Of a stretch of 64,000 bases of DNA, positions 18,195 through 27,801 are shown one piece after another. Position 1 is the first letter of the stretch, and every line of letters begins with the position of its first letter. Made by a program: the position numbers and the translations under genes. Source of the DNA: an uncultured virus (IMG/VR IMGVR_UViG_3300025674_000018) (Duplodnaviria; Heunggongvirae; Uroviricota; Caudoviricetes; Kyanoviridae); IMG/VR virus record IMGVR_UViG_3300025674_000018, one strand, 5' to 3'. A model generated the notes under the pieces. That model was not told the DNA's origin. It saw only the letters and a list, made by a program, of their open reading frames with translations, and made no database searches.

Positions 18195-21100
18195 TGGCAG
18201 AAAGACCGACAATACGAGTCACGAAACCAGCACTTTACAAGATGGTTTCATTCAAGGGGATTGACACTGAGGCGTCAACCGAAACTTCTAGTGGTCTGAA
18301 GTCAACGATTTCTGCTGTTAATAGTTTGGGTGGCACCTTAAATTCTATTGCTATTGCAATGGAAGGTGTGCTATCTGAGATGAAGAAATCAACTCAGATT
18401 CAGATTCAAAATCAAGCAGCACTAACCAAATACAACGCTAAGAGAGACGCTGAGGAGAAACTACAGCAGAAAAGAGACGAAGCAGATAGAAAGAAAAAAC
18501 TGCAGAGATCGAAGAGAGATTCTGACTCTGTTATTAAAGAAGGTCCCATGAAGAAACTCATGGAAGGATTTGCAGTTGGCGTTGCAAAAACTTTCGGAGG
18601 TTTGTTTGGTCTTTTGGCAGGTGTTGCCAAGTGGTTGTTGGGAGGGTTTATTAAGTTTGCCGTCCTTGACTGGATTATCAAAAACCCAGACAAGGTAAAG
18701 AAACTTGCTAAAGGTTTACTCGCTATTGCAAAATTTGCATATAAGATTACTGAGTTTCTGGTTGGATCTGCCCTTGATGGTTTAGTTAAATTCTTAGAGA
18801 ATCCCCTGAGTATTTCAGGATTCTTCGGTGCCATTCAGTTTGTCCTGAGTGCGGCACCACTATTTGCTGCCATGGCAGTATTGAAAAACCCCAAACTAGC
18901 AGTCGATGGGGTGATGTGGGTTGTCAAGAATCTTGCCAAGTCACTTATCAATATCATGAAAGGGAGCAAGATTGCTTCCAAGTTGAAGCGCCTGCCTGGA
19001 AAGATTATGGGCAATAAATTTGGCAGGGCAGCAGTTGTTGGTGGTGGCATAGGTCTTGCATCTGCCGCTATGTTTGGTGGCGAGGACCAGAGTAAGGCAA
19101 GTTTGGCAGGATCTGCTGTAGGCGGTGCTGCTGGTTATGCTGCTGGTGAAGGTTTAGCGAATGCTGCTGGACTAGGTGCTCTAGCACCTGTTGCTGGTGC
19201 TGCTGGTGCTTTTGTTGGCGGTGCCATTGGTGGTCCTATTGGCGAGATGCTTGCGCCTATCATCGATCCAATCAAAGAATTCTTTGGAATGGTTGGAGAT
19301 CTGTTTAATGCAGTCTTCAAACCGATCAAAGACGCAACACATGAATTCTTCACTGCCCTTGGCAATGTGATGACGAAGATCTTAGACTTCATCGAACCAC
19401 ATATGCCTCTTCTGAAGAAGATCGCAGGATTCTTCGGCACTGCAGCATTCCTACCTTTGATTGCTCTACTCAAAGCATTGACATGGATTCTTAACTTCTT
19501 CTCTGGTGCTGGTGGAGATAAAAAACCTAAGAAGGAGACCACCACAAAGAGGGCGTCAGGGGGTCCTGTAGTGACCCCTGTGGTGGTCCCACAGATGGCT
19601 GAGGGTGGAGAGAGCGCAGCGGGTGGATTTAATCTTCCTAATATCAATCCATTCGACCCACAATCCATTCAGAGACAACTCATCACTAAAGTCGCCGCTT
19701 TAGGTGAATTGATGAGATTGCCACTGAAAGCAATCGGTTTGGGTATTGTATCTGCTATTGGAAAGGTATCTAGGACATTTGCTAAATTCCTACCTGCACC
19801 AATTAAGCAGATGTTGGGGAATCTTCTCAACCCCATTGCTTCGGCATTTGGTATACCCCTGAGTATGCTTGGTCTGGGTGGTAGTGAAAAAGGTGCTGAA
19901 GATTCTGCACAGTCTGGTAAGGACCAGGAAAGGCAAGAAGATGGTATTGGTAAAGTAAATGAGATTCTTGCTGGAGGCAAAGAGTCTGTCCTAGGTTTGA
20001 TGGGAAAACTTGTCGGACACCTCGCTGAAAGAAGTAAAGGTCCTACTGCAGAATCTGACAAAGCATTCAAGTTTTGGAATCCTTCAACTTGGTTTGCCGA
20101 AGGTGGACAAGTGCCACAATCTCTTGGTGGATTTGCCAAAGGTGGGTGGATCAATGGTCCTATGTCAGGTTACCCAGTATCCCTTGACGGTGGTAAATCG
20201 ACTTCCTTTATTGGACATGGACTTGAGTGGGTTGGATATCCTGGCAGAGCGTCAGGTGGTAGCGCATTCGTTGTCCCATTTAACACCCCAGCAACTCGCA
20301 ATAACAAGGGTCTTACTGGCAGGAGAATGAAGGAAGCAGCAAAAGGTGGGTATGCCCTACCCTTCGCTGCTGGTGGACAGTATCAACCCACAACAGTTAA
20401 ATGGAATCTCCTCCCACAGTATGCTGAAGGTGGTCAGTATGACTTTTTCATTGGCGATAGTATTGCCTCTGGGTTTGCTGGTCACAATGGACCCAACCAG
20501 CAACTTGTGAGCAAACCCAATGGTGAGACCATGGTTGGAGCACAACCTGGACAAGTGCTTCAGATGATCAGCAGAAGAAAAGATGACATCAAAGGTAAGA
20601 CAGTATTCCTGTCTTCTGGTGCCACCAATGCATATACAAATGTCCCATATGACAGCATTGAAAGGCAACTTACAATGCTCAAGCAAGCAGGTGCAAAGCA
20701 AGTTATCCTTGGTGGTGTTTCTAGTGATGCTGCATCTAAAGGTTACCCAGATTTCAAGAGTGAAGAAATCAACAACAAACTGAAAGCACTTGCAGCTGCG
20801 GGTGGGGCAGGATTCGGTGGATCTTTCACTACAACTGATGGACTGCATCCGTCTGGATCTGCCCCAGATCCCAGCAAGTTGGCAGCGCCAACTAATGACA
20901 GCAGTGGCGATTCTAGCAGCAGTGACTCTACTTCTAGTGCAGAAACTTCTGAGAAGCAAGACCCTGGAAAGGCACTGGAAGAGGCATTGAAGAAGTTTAG
21001 TGAGGCAATGAAGCAAGGGAAGGGAGAAGCAATCACTTCCGCAATTCTCCAAGAAAATGCAGATACATTTAATACGATTGCACAGGATAAGGAATACATG

Positions 21101-21310
21101 GCTGCCATGGAGAATGCATTTGACCCTCGCAAGGCGGCTGCATCAGGAAACAACATGCCATTCGAGATTCCTGCTGAGGGTGATGATACCAACTTTATTG
21201 TTACACCCCCATTGAATAAGAATTTAGAAGCAGATCCATTCCAAGTTTCTAAGTTTAACCCCTTTGTAATAAATAACCCCGATATGAATTTCACCGCAAC
21301 GATTAAGTAA
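18194..21310 (+). CDS. Second tape-measure-like paralog with SGNH/GDSL hydrolase domain
   Basis: Same N-terminal architecture; FIGDSIASG, SGATN, DGLHPS. Confidence 0.7.
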   Translation: MAERPTIRVTKPALYKMVSFKGIDTEASTETSSGLKSTISAVNSLGGTLNSIAIAMEGVLSEMKKSTQIQIQNQAALTKYNAKRDAEEKLQQKRDEADRKKKLQRSKRDSDSVIKEGPMKKLMEGFAVGVAKTFGGLFGLLAGVAKWLLGGFIKFAVLDWIIKNPDKVKKLAKGLLAIAKFAYKITEFLVGSALDGLVKFLENPLSISGFFGAIQFVLSAAPLFAAMAVLKNPKLAVDGVMWVVKNLAKSLINIMKGSKIASKLKRLPGKIMGNKFGRAAVVGGGIGLASAAMFGGEDQSKASLAGSAVGGAAGYAAGEGLANAAGLGALAPVAGAAGAFVGGAIGGPIGEMLAPIIDPIKEFFGMVGDLFNAVFKPIKDATHEFFTALGNVMTKILDFIEPHMPLLKKIAGFFGTAAFLPLIALLKALTWILNFFSGAGGDKKPKKETTTKRASGGPVVTPVVVPQMAEGGESAAGGFNLPNINPFDPQSIQRQLITKVAALGELMRLPLKAIGLGIVSAIGKVSRTFAKFLPAPIKQMLGNLLNPIASAFGIPLSMLGLGGSEKGAEDSAQSGKDQERQEDGIGKVNEILAGGKESVLGLMGKLVGHLAERSKGPTAESDKAFKFWNPSTWFAEGGQVPQSLGGFAKGGWINGPMSGYPVSLDGGKSTSFIGHGLEWVGYPGRASGGSAFVVPFNTPATRNNKGLTGRRMKEAAKGGYALPFAAGGQYQPTTVKWNLLPQYAEGGQYDFFIGDSIASGFAGHNGPNQQLVSKPNGETMVGAQPGQVLQMISRRKDDIKGKTVFLSSGATNAYTNVPYDSIERQLTMLKQAGAKQVILGGVSSDAASKGYPDFKSEEINNKLKALAAAGGAGFGGSFTTTDGLHPSGSAPDPSKLAAPTNDSSGDSSSSDSTSSAETSEKQDPGKALEEALKKFSEAMKQGKGEAITSAILQENADTFNTIAQDKEYMAAMENAFDPRKAAASGNNMPFEIPAEGDDTNFIVTPPLNKNLEADPFQVSKFNPFVINNPDMNFTATIK

Positions 21311-22716
21311 TGGCAAGTCGTAAAGCAAAACAAATAGCATTAAACGAATGCAGCATCACTCTCGGAGCGGAAATGGATTGGGAAGCACCCCTCAATCCAA
21401 AACAAAGATCGAGTGGTAAGGATGCTATTGATATTCGAGAGCTTGTAGCAGAAATTAACTACTACGAATCGATTGATGCACCATTCTTAAGATGTGATAT
21501 CACTGTAGTTGATGCTATTGACTTATATAAGAGTCTGCGTGGTAAAGAGGTCGTAAAGGTAAAACTAACATCAGAGAGCTCTAATGACGAGCCCCTTGAA
21601 GTCATCTTCCGACTGTTTAAGGTTGGAAGTTTTGTTAAGAATGAAAGAGCAGTTGTGTATATCCTTCATTGTGTATCTCATGAGCAATTCTTGAATGAGG
21701 CAAGAAGAATCTTTGGTGCCTTTGGTCCTTGTGAGAAGCACAAAAATAAAGAGCATTTTCCCAAATACGTTGCCAAAGATATCCTCAAGGGAGGGAGCAA
21801 GGTCAAAAGTGAAAACTTTGAGGCACATTCCCAGATCTGTTTCTACAGTCCAAATTGGAGACCCATCGATGCCATCGTATACTGCTCCGACAAAGTTGTC
21901 AGAAAAGGTGGATCTGCTGGTGGTAAGGTATCTGAAGCACAGTCTGGATTCCTCTTCTACGAAAACAAAGATGGATTCCATTTCAAGTCTATTGATGCCC
22001 TGTGCAGCCAAGGAGTGAGTGGAAGGAAGTTTACATACTCACAGCAATCTGTTGAGACTAACGACCCCATTGACGAGTTTTACAAGATTCAGTCAGCAAC
22101 ATATCCAGACAAGACAAATCATCTAGAGAAGTTACGCTCTGGTCTCTACAAGACATCAGTGTTGGGTATTTCTGTTGCTGCTCAAGGTCAATCATTCCTT
22201 CCAAGTGGAGGGAGTGGATCTGGCAATAGCACAGCGAATGTGAAGATTAAGAATATGGAGCCCACATTCGAGAATACCTTCAAAAAAGCAAACACTATTG
22301 ATACTGAGCCACCATTCCCAGGCACTAAGTTTACCAATCCAGATACACAGCCAGCGACAAGATATAAGTTTAGGGTGATGCCGTCACTTAACCACATGCC
22401 TAAGGGAGGTGGTAACGCCAATGGAGGCACGACAGAGCACATCGATACTATTCAAGTCGCTTCATATGCATCGGCAAGATATGCCTTGCTTAACTCTATC
22501 CAACTAACGATTGTAGTGCCAGGAAATACTATGCTAACGATCGGACAGATCATTGAGGTTAGTATCCCTGAATCTAAATCCGAGGATGGTCAAGTTGTTG
22601 AAGATAGAGTCTACTCTGGAAAATACTTAATTGCAAGCCTTCACCACGCTTTCAGAAAGCAAGGGATGATCACAACTCTGTATCTAACAAAAGATTCGAT
22701 TAGGAAAGCAAAGTAA
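21310..22716 (+). CDS. Baseplate hub / tail protein (gp27-like)
   Basis: YYESID, FLFYENKDGFHFKSID, VPGN..IGQII, SGKYLI. Confidence 0.7.
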   Translation: MASRKAKQIALNECSITLGAEMDWEAPLNPKQRSSGKDAIDIRELVAEINYYESIDAPFLRCDITVVDAIDLYKSLRGKEVVKVKLTSESSNDEPLEVIFRLFKVGSFVKNERAVVYILHCVSHEQFLNEARRIFGAFGPCEKHKNKEHFPKYVAKDILKGGSKVKSENFEAHSQICFYSPNWRPIDAIVYCSDKVVRKGGSAGGKVSEAQSGFLFYENKDGFHFKSIDALCSQGVSGRKFTYSQQSVETNDPIDEFYKIQSATYPDKTNHLEKLRSGLYKTSVLGISVAAQGQSFLPSGGSGSGNSTANVKIKNMEPTFENTFKKANTIDTEPPFPGTKFTNPDTQPATRYKFRVMPSLNHMPKGGGNANGGTTEHIDTIQVASYASARYALLNSIQLTIVVPGNTMLTIGQIIEVSIPESKSEDGQVVEDRVYSGKYLIASLHHAFRKQGMITTLYLTKDSIRKAK

Positions 22717-22746
22717 TAAATACTTTAGTATTACTGTAAACATAAA

Positions 22747-22959
22747 ATGGAATCGATTGAAAAGCATATAGAGGCAGACAAAGAGGAGCTCTCTAATCCT
22801 ACTATCTCTGCTCAACGTCGCCGCCATCTGGAATCTGAATTGGAAGATCTTGAGTCGTATCATGAGAATCATCCTGAGGATCATCACGATCCCACTTCTC
22901 TGGAATTGTATTGTGACAACAACCCAAGCTCGCCTGAGTGTCTAGTCTACGACGATTGA
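22747..22959 (+). CDS. cp12: Calvin-cycle inhibitor CP12
   Basis: C-terminal LELYCDNNPSSPECLVYDD. Confidence 0.93.
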   Translation: MESIEKHIEADKEELSNPTISAQRRRHLESELEDLESYHENHPEDHHDPTSLELYCDNNPSSPECLVYDD

Positions 22960-22960
22960 C

Positions 22961-22989
22961 TTGACAACATCCTCAATAATAATTAGAAT
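22961..22989 (+). promoter_or_regulatory. Sigma70-type promoter
   Basis: TTGACA-17 nt-TAGAAT upstream of cpeT. Confidence 0.8.
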
Positions 22990-23010
22990 GAGCTTGTCGG
23001 TTTTCAGAGA

Positions 23011-23469
23011 ATGTTTGAAGAACAGCTTATAGGACACTATAAAAATACAAAGCAGGCATATTCCAATCCTTCTCTTTGGCCCCATATAAATTTACTCTTC
23101 GAGATAGAAGAAGAAGGGAAAGTATTCACTTCTAAGTCTTGGTATGACTATCAAGGGGCGCACAAACCATATCGTCATGCCAGGCACACTTGGCATCACA
23201 TCCATAAAGACATCGTAAAGATTCACACCTACGACTTAATTAAAGATCGTGAGGGGTGTCCTTACTTGTTTGTAAAAATGGATGGTGGGACTTGGTGGGG
23301 TGAGACTGAGGGACCGTGTATGCACAATAAGATCCTTGTGACCAGTGTTGCCCGTTTTAACGGTGAAGATTATTGGGCTTTGGATAACGGAAGAGATAAG
23401 ACTGGAAAACTCATTTGGGGCACCCCTGATCACCAGGGTGAGTATCACTTTAAGAAAGTGAATAAATAA
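23011..23469 (+). CDS. cpeT: CpeT/CpcT-like phycobilin lyase
   Basis: QAYSNPSLWPHI, PYR, DNGRD.TGKLIWG, YHFKK. Confidence 0.8.
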   Translation: MFEEQLIGHYKNTKQAYSNPSLWPHINLLFEIEEEGKVFTSKSWYDYQGAHKPYRHARHTWHHIHKDIVKIHTYDLIKDREGCPYLFVKMDGGTWWGETEGPCMHNKILVTSVARFNGEDYWALDNGRDKTGKLIWGTPDHQGEYHFKKVNK

Positions 23470-23491
23470 ATTCGTAGATACAAGTTAAATA

Positions 23492-26089
23492 ATGGCAGCT
23501 GACTATTCAGGATCAGATGGATTTGTATGGTGGATTGGAGAGGTTGAGGACAACAAAGATCCTCTTCAACTTGGTCGTGTCAAGGTGCGTATCTATGGTT
23601 GGAATACTGGTGGTAATGACAAAGAGAATTACCTAAAGAAACTACCAACAGAAGCACTGCCTTGGGCAAACTGTTTAGTCCCTACTGATAAAGCACAGGT
23701 CAAACAAGTTGGCACCATGTCCAACCTCCAAGAAGGTGCCATGGTTGTTGGCTTCTTTATGGATGGTGAGCAAGGGCAGATTCCCATGGTCATGGGTGCC
23801 TATCACACAACTAAAGACGTTGATCTTAAAAGTGATACTTTTGCTGCAGATCCCACTCAAGCAAATGCAGATGCAGACTCTCCTCCTGCTGCTGAGACCC
23901 TTACTGGACAGAAAGTCCAAGGTGGAAACACTGCTCCTAAGGTAGTTGCTGCTCCAGATGGTCCTGGATTGGCAAAGGACGAATCTAGGGGTGCTCTAGG
24001 TGAAGCAGCTGCTGCCCTTGCCAATAAGGGAGATGCAACATCCAACCCCCAGGTGGTCCCCTCTGAGAGGCAGGGTGTCGCTGATGGTGTTAAGGGTCCT
24101 GCAGGTGAGGGATTCCTAACTGACCTGAAGCGTATGCTTACAGAGTTGGCAAATATGACCACCATGCTCGCCAAGGGTAGAGATGGTAATTATATTTCAT
24201 TGATCACTGGTAAGAAGGTGCTTGGTGATCCTGTCTTGGATCGCTTGAGCAAAATCATGAATTTCATTTACGGTGGAATTTCTGGTATTCTTGCTCCCCT
24301 AAAGAATGCCTTGGCAGAGATTATTGTTAAGGTTGTCAACATCATTGTGAAGGCAATTTCTTCCTTTGTGCCTCTGATTGTTATTACAACAATTCTGAGT
24401 TTCCTGGGCGAAATTCTTGATATCTTCTGCATCCCTCACCCCGCTTGGTTAGGTATTGTGCAGGGTGCAATATCAGATGTGGCAAACTTTGCAAACCAGT
24501 TAGCAAACGCTATTGTTGATAAAATTGCTGACGTGCTTGCTGGTGTCCTGGATAGAGTGGCGGGTATCACCGATAGAATCTTGCAGGGTGTGCAAAATGC
24601 TCTAGCCCAAACGGCAGATATTATCAACACAGTTATATCCGCTGTTGAGGTTGCTCAGAGTCTTGGAGCTGCTGTTGGTAATCTCGGTAAGATCCTTTCT
24701 GTTGACTTCTCCAAGTTGGATTGGGGATCTCTGCTTGGTATTATTCTGGCAATCTTGAAAGCGATCTTCGGTAAGTTATGTGATCGACCTGTTAAAGACA
24801 CGCAGGTGAAAGGTTGGTATCCACTTGTAGGCACTACAAGTTGTGGAGATTTAGGCACAACGTTAGCAACTGCAGGATATCGCAACCTAGATCAATATCG
24901 AAACGCTTCTGGGTCTGGTGCTGGTTATTTCCAAGATCTATTTACTAATCTCGATCCATATAGACAAGCCACACAAACATTTTTGAATGGCACGAGCATC
25001 ATCGAAGATGCTACGCCAGGAAAAGAGAAGCGTATTGTGAGTGGTCCTGGTGCAGTCTCCACAATTGAAGACTCTATTGGTAACGTCCATAAAAACGTCC
25101 CCAACAACGATACTAGAATCATTGGTAAGGATTGTTGTGAAACTGTCAAGGGCAACAAGACTATGACTATTGAGGGTGATTTCCACCTCAAAGTTATGGG
25201 TAACATGCACCTTGAAGTTATTGGTGCATATAACGAAAATACAAGTAATGGTCCACAAACAGAAGCAACTGGATCCTCTAAAGAAGGGGCACCAACTGCA
25301 TCTGCAGACAACGCACAGGGCGCAACTAACAGCGGATCCAACAACGCTGCCAACCTTGAAAACTCTGTTGAGTCTATTACATTGGCAGAGAAGTATGGTT
25401 TCTATCCTCCGATTCCTAGAGAGCCTGGTGCTGACAAGTGGGGTCGTCGTCCTGGTGGATCTCAACTCTCACAAGGTAAGAAAGATGATAAGGAGCAGGG
25501 TAGTGCTGCTCTGAAACATGGTGACCACACCATTGGATATACTGGTGACGTTAAGATTCAAGGTGCCAATGTAAACGTCACTTCTGTCAGAAACACAAAC
25601 ATTTGCTCTCAGGTTACAAAAATTGAGGGTAACGTCATCGATCTGGTTGCAGACGGTGAGATCGATATGGAAGCAAACTGGATCACATCTATTGTGAAGT
25701 CTGGTCACTTGAATCTGATCAATATCTTCCCGTCTCTGATTCCACCTCCTGTGAGTGGTATCTTTAATATTGTTAATGGATCTATTATTGACCTGACAAC
25801 AGATGTGCCCATTCCTGCCACAACACCACCCATTCAAATGCGTATTTCCTTTGCGAATACCAACGTTGGTGGTATGGCAGATATCGTCCTAGGCACAACT
25901 GGGGCACACTTTACATTCATCAACACCGCTACTGGTGGTATTGCTGAGATTGTAAACTCTGCTGGTGGTGCTATCATTAACCAAGTTTCCACAGGTCTTG
26001 CATCCTACGGTGTGGGCACTGGATTCATGGCAACAGGTTGCTCCGCTGGTCCTCATCAGGTCTATGGGTTGCCACTGCTACTGAATTGA
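23492..26089 (+). CDS. gp5: Baseplate central spike gp5 (no recognisable lysozyme domain)
   Basis: WWIGEVEDNKDPLQLGRVKVR, LPWA, VVGFFMDG..Q.PMVMG, beta-helix repeats. Confidence 0.88.
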   Translation: MAADYSGSDGFVWWIGEVEDNKDPLQLGRVKVRIYGWNTGGNDKENYLKKLPTEALPWANCLVPTDKAQVKQVGTMSNLQEGAMVVGFFMDGEQGQIPMVMGAYHTTKDVDLKSDTFAADPTQANADADSPPAAETLTGQKVQGGNTAPKVVAAPDGPGLAKDESRGALGEAAAALANKGDATSNPQVVPSERQGVADGVKGPAGEGFLTDLKRMLTELANMTTMLAKGRDGNYISLITGKKVLGDPVLDRLSKIMNFIYGGISGILAPLKNALAEIIVKVVNIIVKAISSFVPLIVITTILSFLGEILDIFCIPHPAWLGIVQGAISDVANFANQLANAIVDKIADVLAGVLDRVAGITDRILQGVQNALAQTADIINTVISAVEVAQSLGAAVGNLGKILSVDFSKLDWGSLLGIILAILKAIFGKLCDRPVKDTQVKGWYPLVGTTSCGDLGTTLATAGYRNLDQYRNASGSGAGYFQDLFTNLDPYRQATQTFLNGTSIIEDATPGKEKRIVSGPGAVSTIEDSIGNVHKNVPNNDTRIIGKDCCETVKGNKTMTIEGDFHLKVMGNMHLEVIGAYNENTSNGPQTEATGSSKEGAPTASADNAQGATNSGSNNAANLENSVESITLAEKYGFYPPIPREPGADKWGRRPGGSQLSQGKKDDKEQGSAALKHGDHTIGYTGDVKIQGANVNVTSVRNTNICSQVTKIEGNVIDLVADGEIDMEANWITSIVKSGHLNLINIFPSLIPPPVSGIFNIVNGSIIDLTTDVPIPATTPPIQMRISFANTNVGGMADIVLGTTGAHFTFINTATGGIAEIVNSAGGAIINQVSTGLASYGVGTGFMATGCSAGPHQVYGLPLLLN

Positions 26090-26097
26090 TGTATGAT
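26069..26097 (+). promoter_or_regulatory. Sigma70-type promoter
   Basis: TTGCCA-17 nt-TATGAT. Confidence 0.6.
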
Positions 26098-26119
26098 GTG
26101 GGGGTTGAGAGAGGTCCCC

Positions 26120-26305
26120 ATGTCAGACGCCATTTCGCACATCTTCGTAAAATTCTCGGCAAGACAATTTACTATCGTTGACGAAGAAGGATACGAAGAC
26201 GTTGTTAAATATAAGTGGGACCAAGATGGTGCCGAAGGTTTTCACGAAACCATCAGTAACATCAAAGGATCCGTCCCAGATGACATGATTACTTACATCC
26301 CATGA
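26120..26305 (+). CDS. Hypothetical protein
   Basis: GAGG Shine-Dalgarno before ATG 26120. Confidence 0.6.
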   Translation: MSDAISHIFVKFSARQFTIVDEEGYEDVVKYKWDQDGAEGFHETISNIKGSVPDDMITYIP

Positions 26306-26556
26306 GCACTATTATTACACTGACGGTAGAAGAAATCGAAGATAACTTTGATTTCGCTATTAAATTGGTTGAAAAAGGTCACACTATTAAGATAATCACC
26401 GACAACGGTAAAGCAGTTATCATGACCCCAGTTATGGGTTATACTCAGTTAGATCCTGGAGTCAATATTCCAGATCCTGAAGAATTCACTCCTGATCCTG
26501 CTGCTGTCGGTGCTTATGTCGCAGAGTCGCTAGCAGAGATGACGAGGGATTTCTAA
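26302..26556 (+). CDS. Phd/YefM antitoxin-like protein
   Basis: TVEEIEDNFDFAIKLVEKGHTIKIITDNGKAVIMTP resembles the Phd/YefM N-terminal pattern. Confidence 0.5.
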   Translation: MSTIITLTVEEIEDNFDFAIKLVEKGHTIKIITDNGKAVIMTPVMGYTQLDPGVNIPDPEEFTPDPAAVGAYVAESLAEMTRDF

Positions 26557-26826
26557 ATGAAGATAAGGGTAACAAGCAATTATGCAATCATCGAAGAGGT
26601 AGGGATTGTTAAACTCTACAAGATATGTGGAATCCCTTACACCTTCGATGAGTTACCCAAAATCATTCAAGACGATCCAGAAGTCCAGCTTGACGCAGCC
26701 ACAACTACGTCATATACCATGGAAGACCTCTATCGTATGTCCTACTACTTGGTCGCTGAAGAGTGTCATCCACTACTCTTCCCGATGGAAGACATGATAG
26801 AAAATTTTGAAGAAGTGCCTGATTAG
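26557..26826 (+). CDS. Hypothetical protein
   Basis: Abuts the previous gene; stop codon lies inside tRNA-Thr. Confidence 0.6.
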   Translation: MKIRVTSNYAIIEEVGIVKLYKICGIPYTFDELPKIIQDDPEVQLDAATTTSYTMEDLYRMSYYLVAEECHPLLFPMEDMIENFEEVPD

Positions 26827-26890
26827 CTCAGCTGGATAGAGCAACGGTTTTGTAAACCGTAGGTCGTCGGTTCAAGTCCGACATCAGGCT
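26817..26890 (+). tRNA. tRNA-Thr(TGT)
   Basis: Acceptor GCCTGAT/ATCAGGC, anticodon arm ACGGT-ttTGTaa-ACCGT, GTTCAAGT T-loop. Confidence 0.95.
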
Positions 26891-26892
26891 TT

Positions 26893-26979
26893 GGAGAGTT
26901 GTCCGAGTGGTTTAAGGAGCAGCACTGGAAATGCTGTATGGGGGCAACCTCATCTAGGGTTCAAATCCCTAACTCTCCG
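26893..26979 (+). tRNA. tRNA-Ser(GGA)
   Basis: Acceptor GGAGAGT/ACTCTCC, CAGCA-ctGGAaa-TGCTG, long variable arm. Confidence 0.95.
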
Positions 26980-26985
26980 TCCCAT

Positions 26986-27057
26986 TCCTCCTTAGCACAG
27001 CGGTAGTGCAAACGACTGTTAATCGTTGGGTCCCAGGTTCGAATCCTGGAGGGGGAG
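26986..27057 (+). tRNA. tRNA-Asn(GTT)
   Basis: Acceptor TCCTCCT/AGGGGGA, AACGA-ctGTTaa-TCGTT, GTTCGAAT. Confidence 0.95.
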
Positions 27058-27058
27058 C

Positions 27059-27087
27059 TTGACAAGGAAATGGGTATCGGGTATCAT
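27059..27087 (+). promoter_or_regulatory. Sigma70-type promoter
   Basis: TTGACA-17 nt-TATCAT. Confidence 0.75.
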
Positions 27088-27154
27088 ATATACTTCGTGC
27101 CACCCAACGAATCATCTCTCGTCCGTTGGTGGATGTCGATTTCTATTTAACCAA

Positions 27155-27757
27155 ATGCTTAAACAACTGATGATCCTTCCGACGCTCGCCGTAGGACTTC
27201 CCGCTTGTGCTTACCCCAGCATCAGCGAGATCGAAGCCCCGCCCAAAGTGTCTGAGGCACCAAAGGTTGCTCCCGCACCAAAACCTGCTCCTGTAGCAAA
27301 AACGTGGAAGTGTCCTGGTTGCAATAGCAACGAAAAAACTACACTGTCCTTTTTCCAGAAGCGTGGTATTTCTGATAGAAATGCCCTGGCATCTATTATG
27401 GGCAATATCAAAGCGGAAAGTAATTTCCACCCTAACATCTGTGAAGGTGGTGCAAGAGTTACTTATCCCAATTGTCGCAGTGGTGGATTTGGTTTAATCC
27501 AATGGACAACCACCCAACGTTATGTGGGTCTTGGTAAATTCGCCATGAAGTATGGTGGCGATCCTTCTACCCTTGACACACAACTACGTTATCTTGTCAA
27601 TGAGCAACAGTGGATTGGCATCGAACCCAAGATGAAAACTCCTGGCAATTCTGTCGAGTGGTATATCAACCAGTCATATCCTTGGTTGGGTTGGGGTATC
27701 CATGGAAACCGCACCTATTTTGCTCACAAGTATACACAACGAATGGTCTTTGCATAG
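27155..27757 (+). CDS. Exported protein with phage tail-type lysozyme domain
   Basis: Signal-like N-terminus, Pro-rich linker, IMGNIKAES, GFGLIQWT, TQLRYL; start moved to ATG 27155. Confidence 0.8.
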   Translation: MLKQLMILPTLAVGLPACAYPSISEIEAPPKVSEAPKVAPAPKPAPVAKTWKCPGCNSNEKTTLSFFQKRGISDRNALASIMGNIKAESNFHPNICEGGARVTYPNCRSGGFGLIQWTTTQRYVGLGKFAMKYGGDPSTLDTQLRYLVNEQQWIGIEPKMKTPGNSVEWYINQSYPWLGWGIHGNRTYFAHKYTQRMVFA

Positions 27758-27768
27758 ATCCTAAGGGG

Positions 27769-27776
27769 TATAAATA
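27769..27776 (+). promoter_or_regulatory. T4-type late promoter TATAAATA
   Basis: Exact consensus upstream of the tail genes; (C/A)TAAATA variants also precede the ORFs at 13709, 22747, 23492, 31375, 34971, 37040, 39467 and 60003. Confidence 0.85.
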
Positions 27777-27801
27777 AAACTGTAACTGATGCGGTTGTGC
27801 T

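Noticed and set aside
22747..23469. cp12, cpeT and phoH as novel
   Set aside because: Well-known cyanophage auxiliary genes; listed as features only
27026..27154. N-terminal extension of the lysozyme ORF in the track
   Set aside because: Overlaps tRNA-Asn and the promoter; ATG 27155 is the better start
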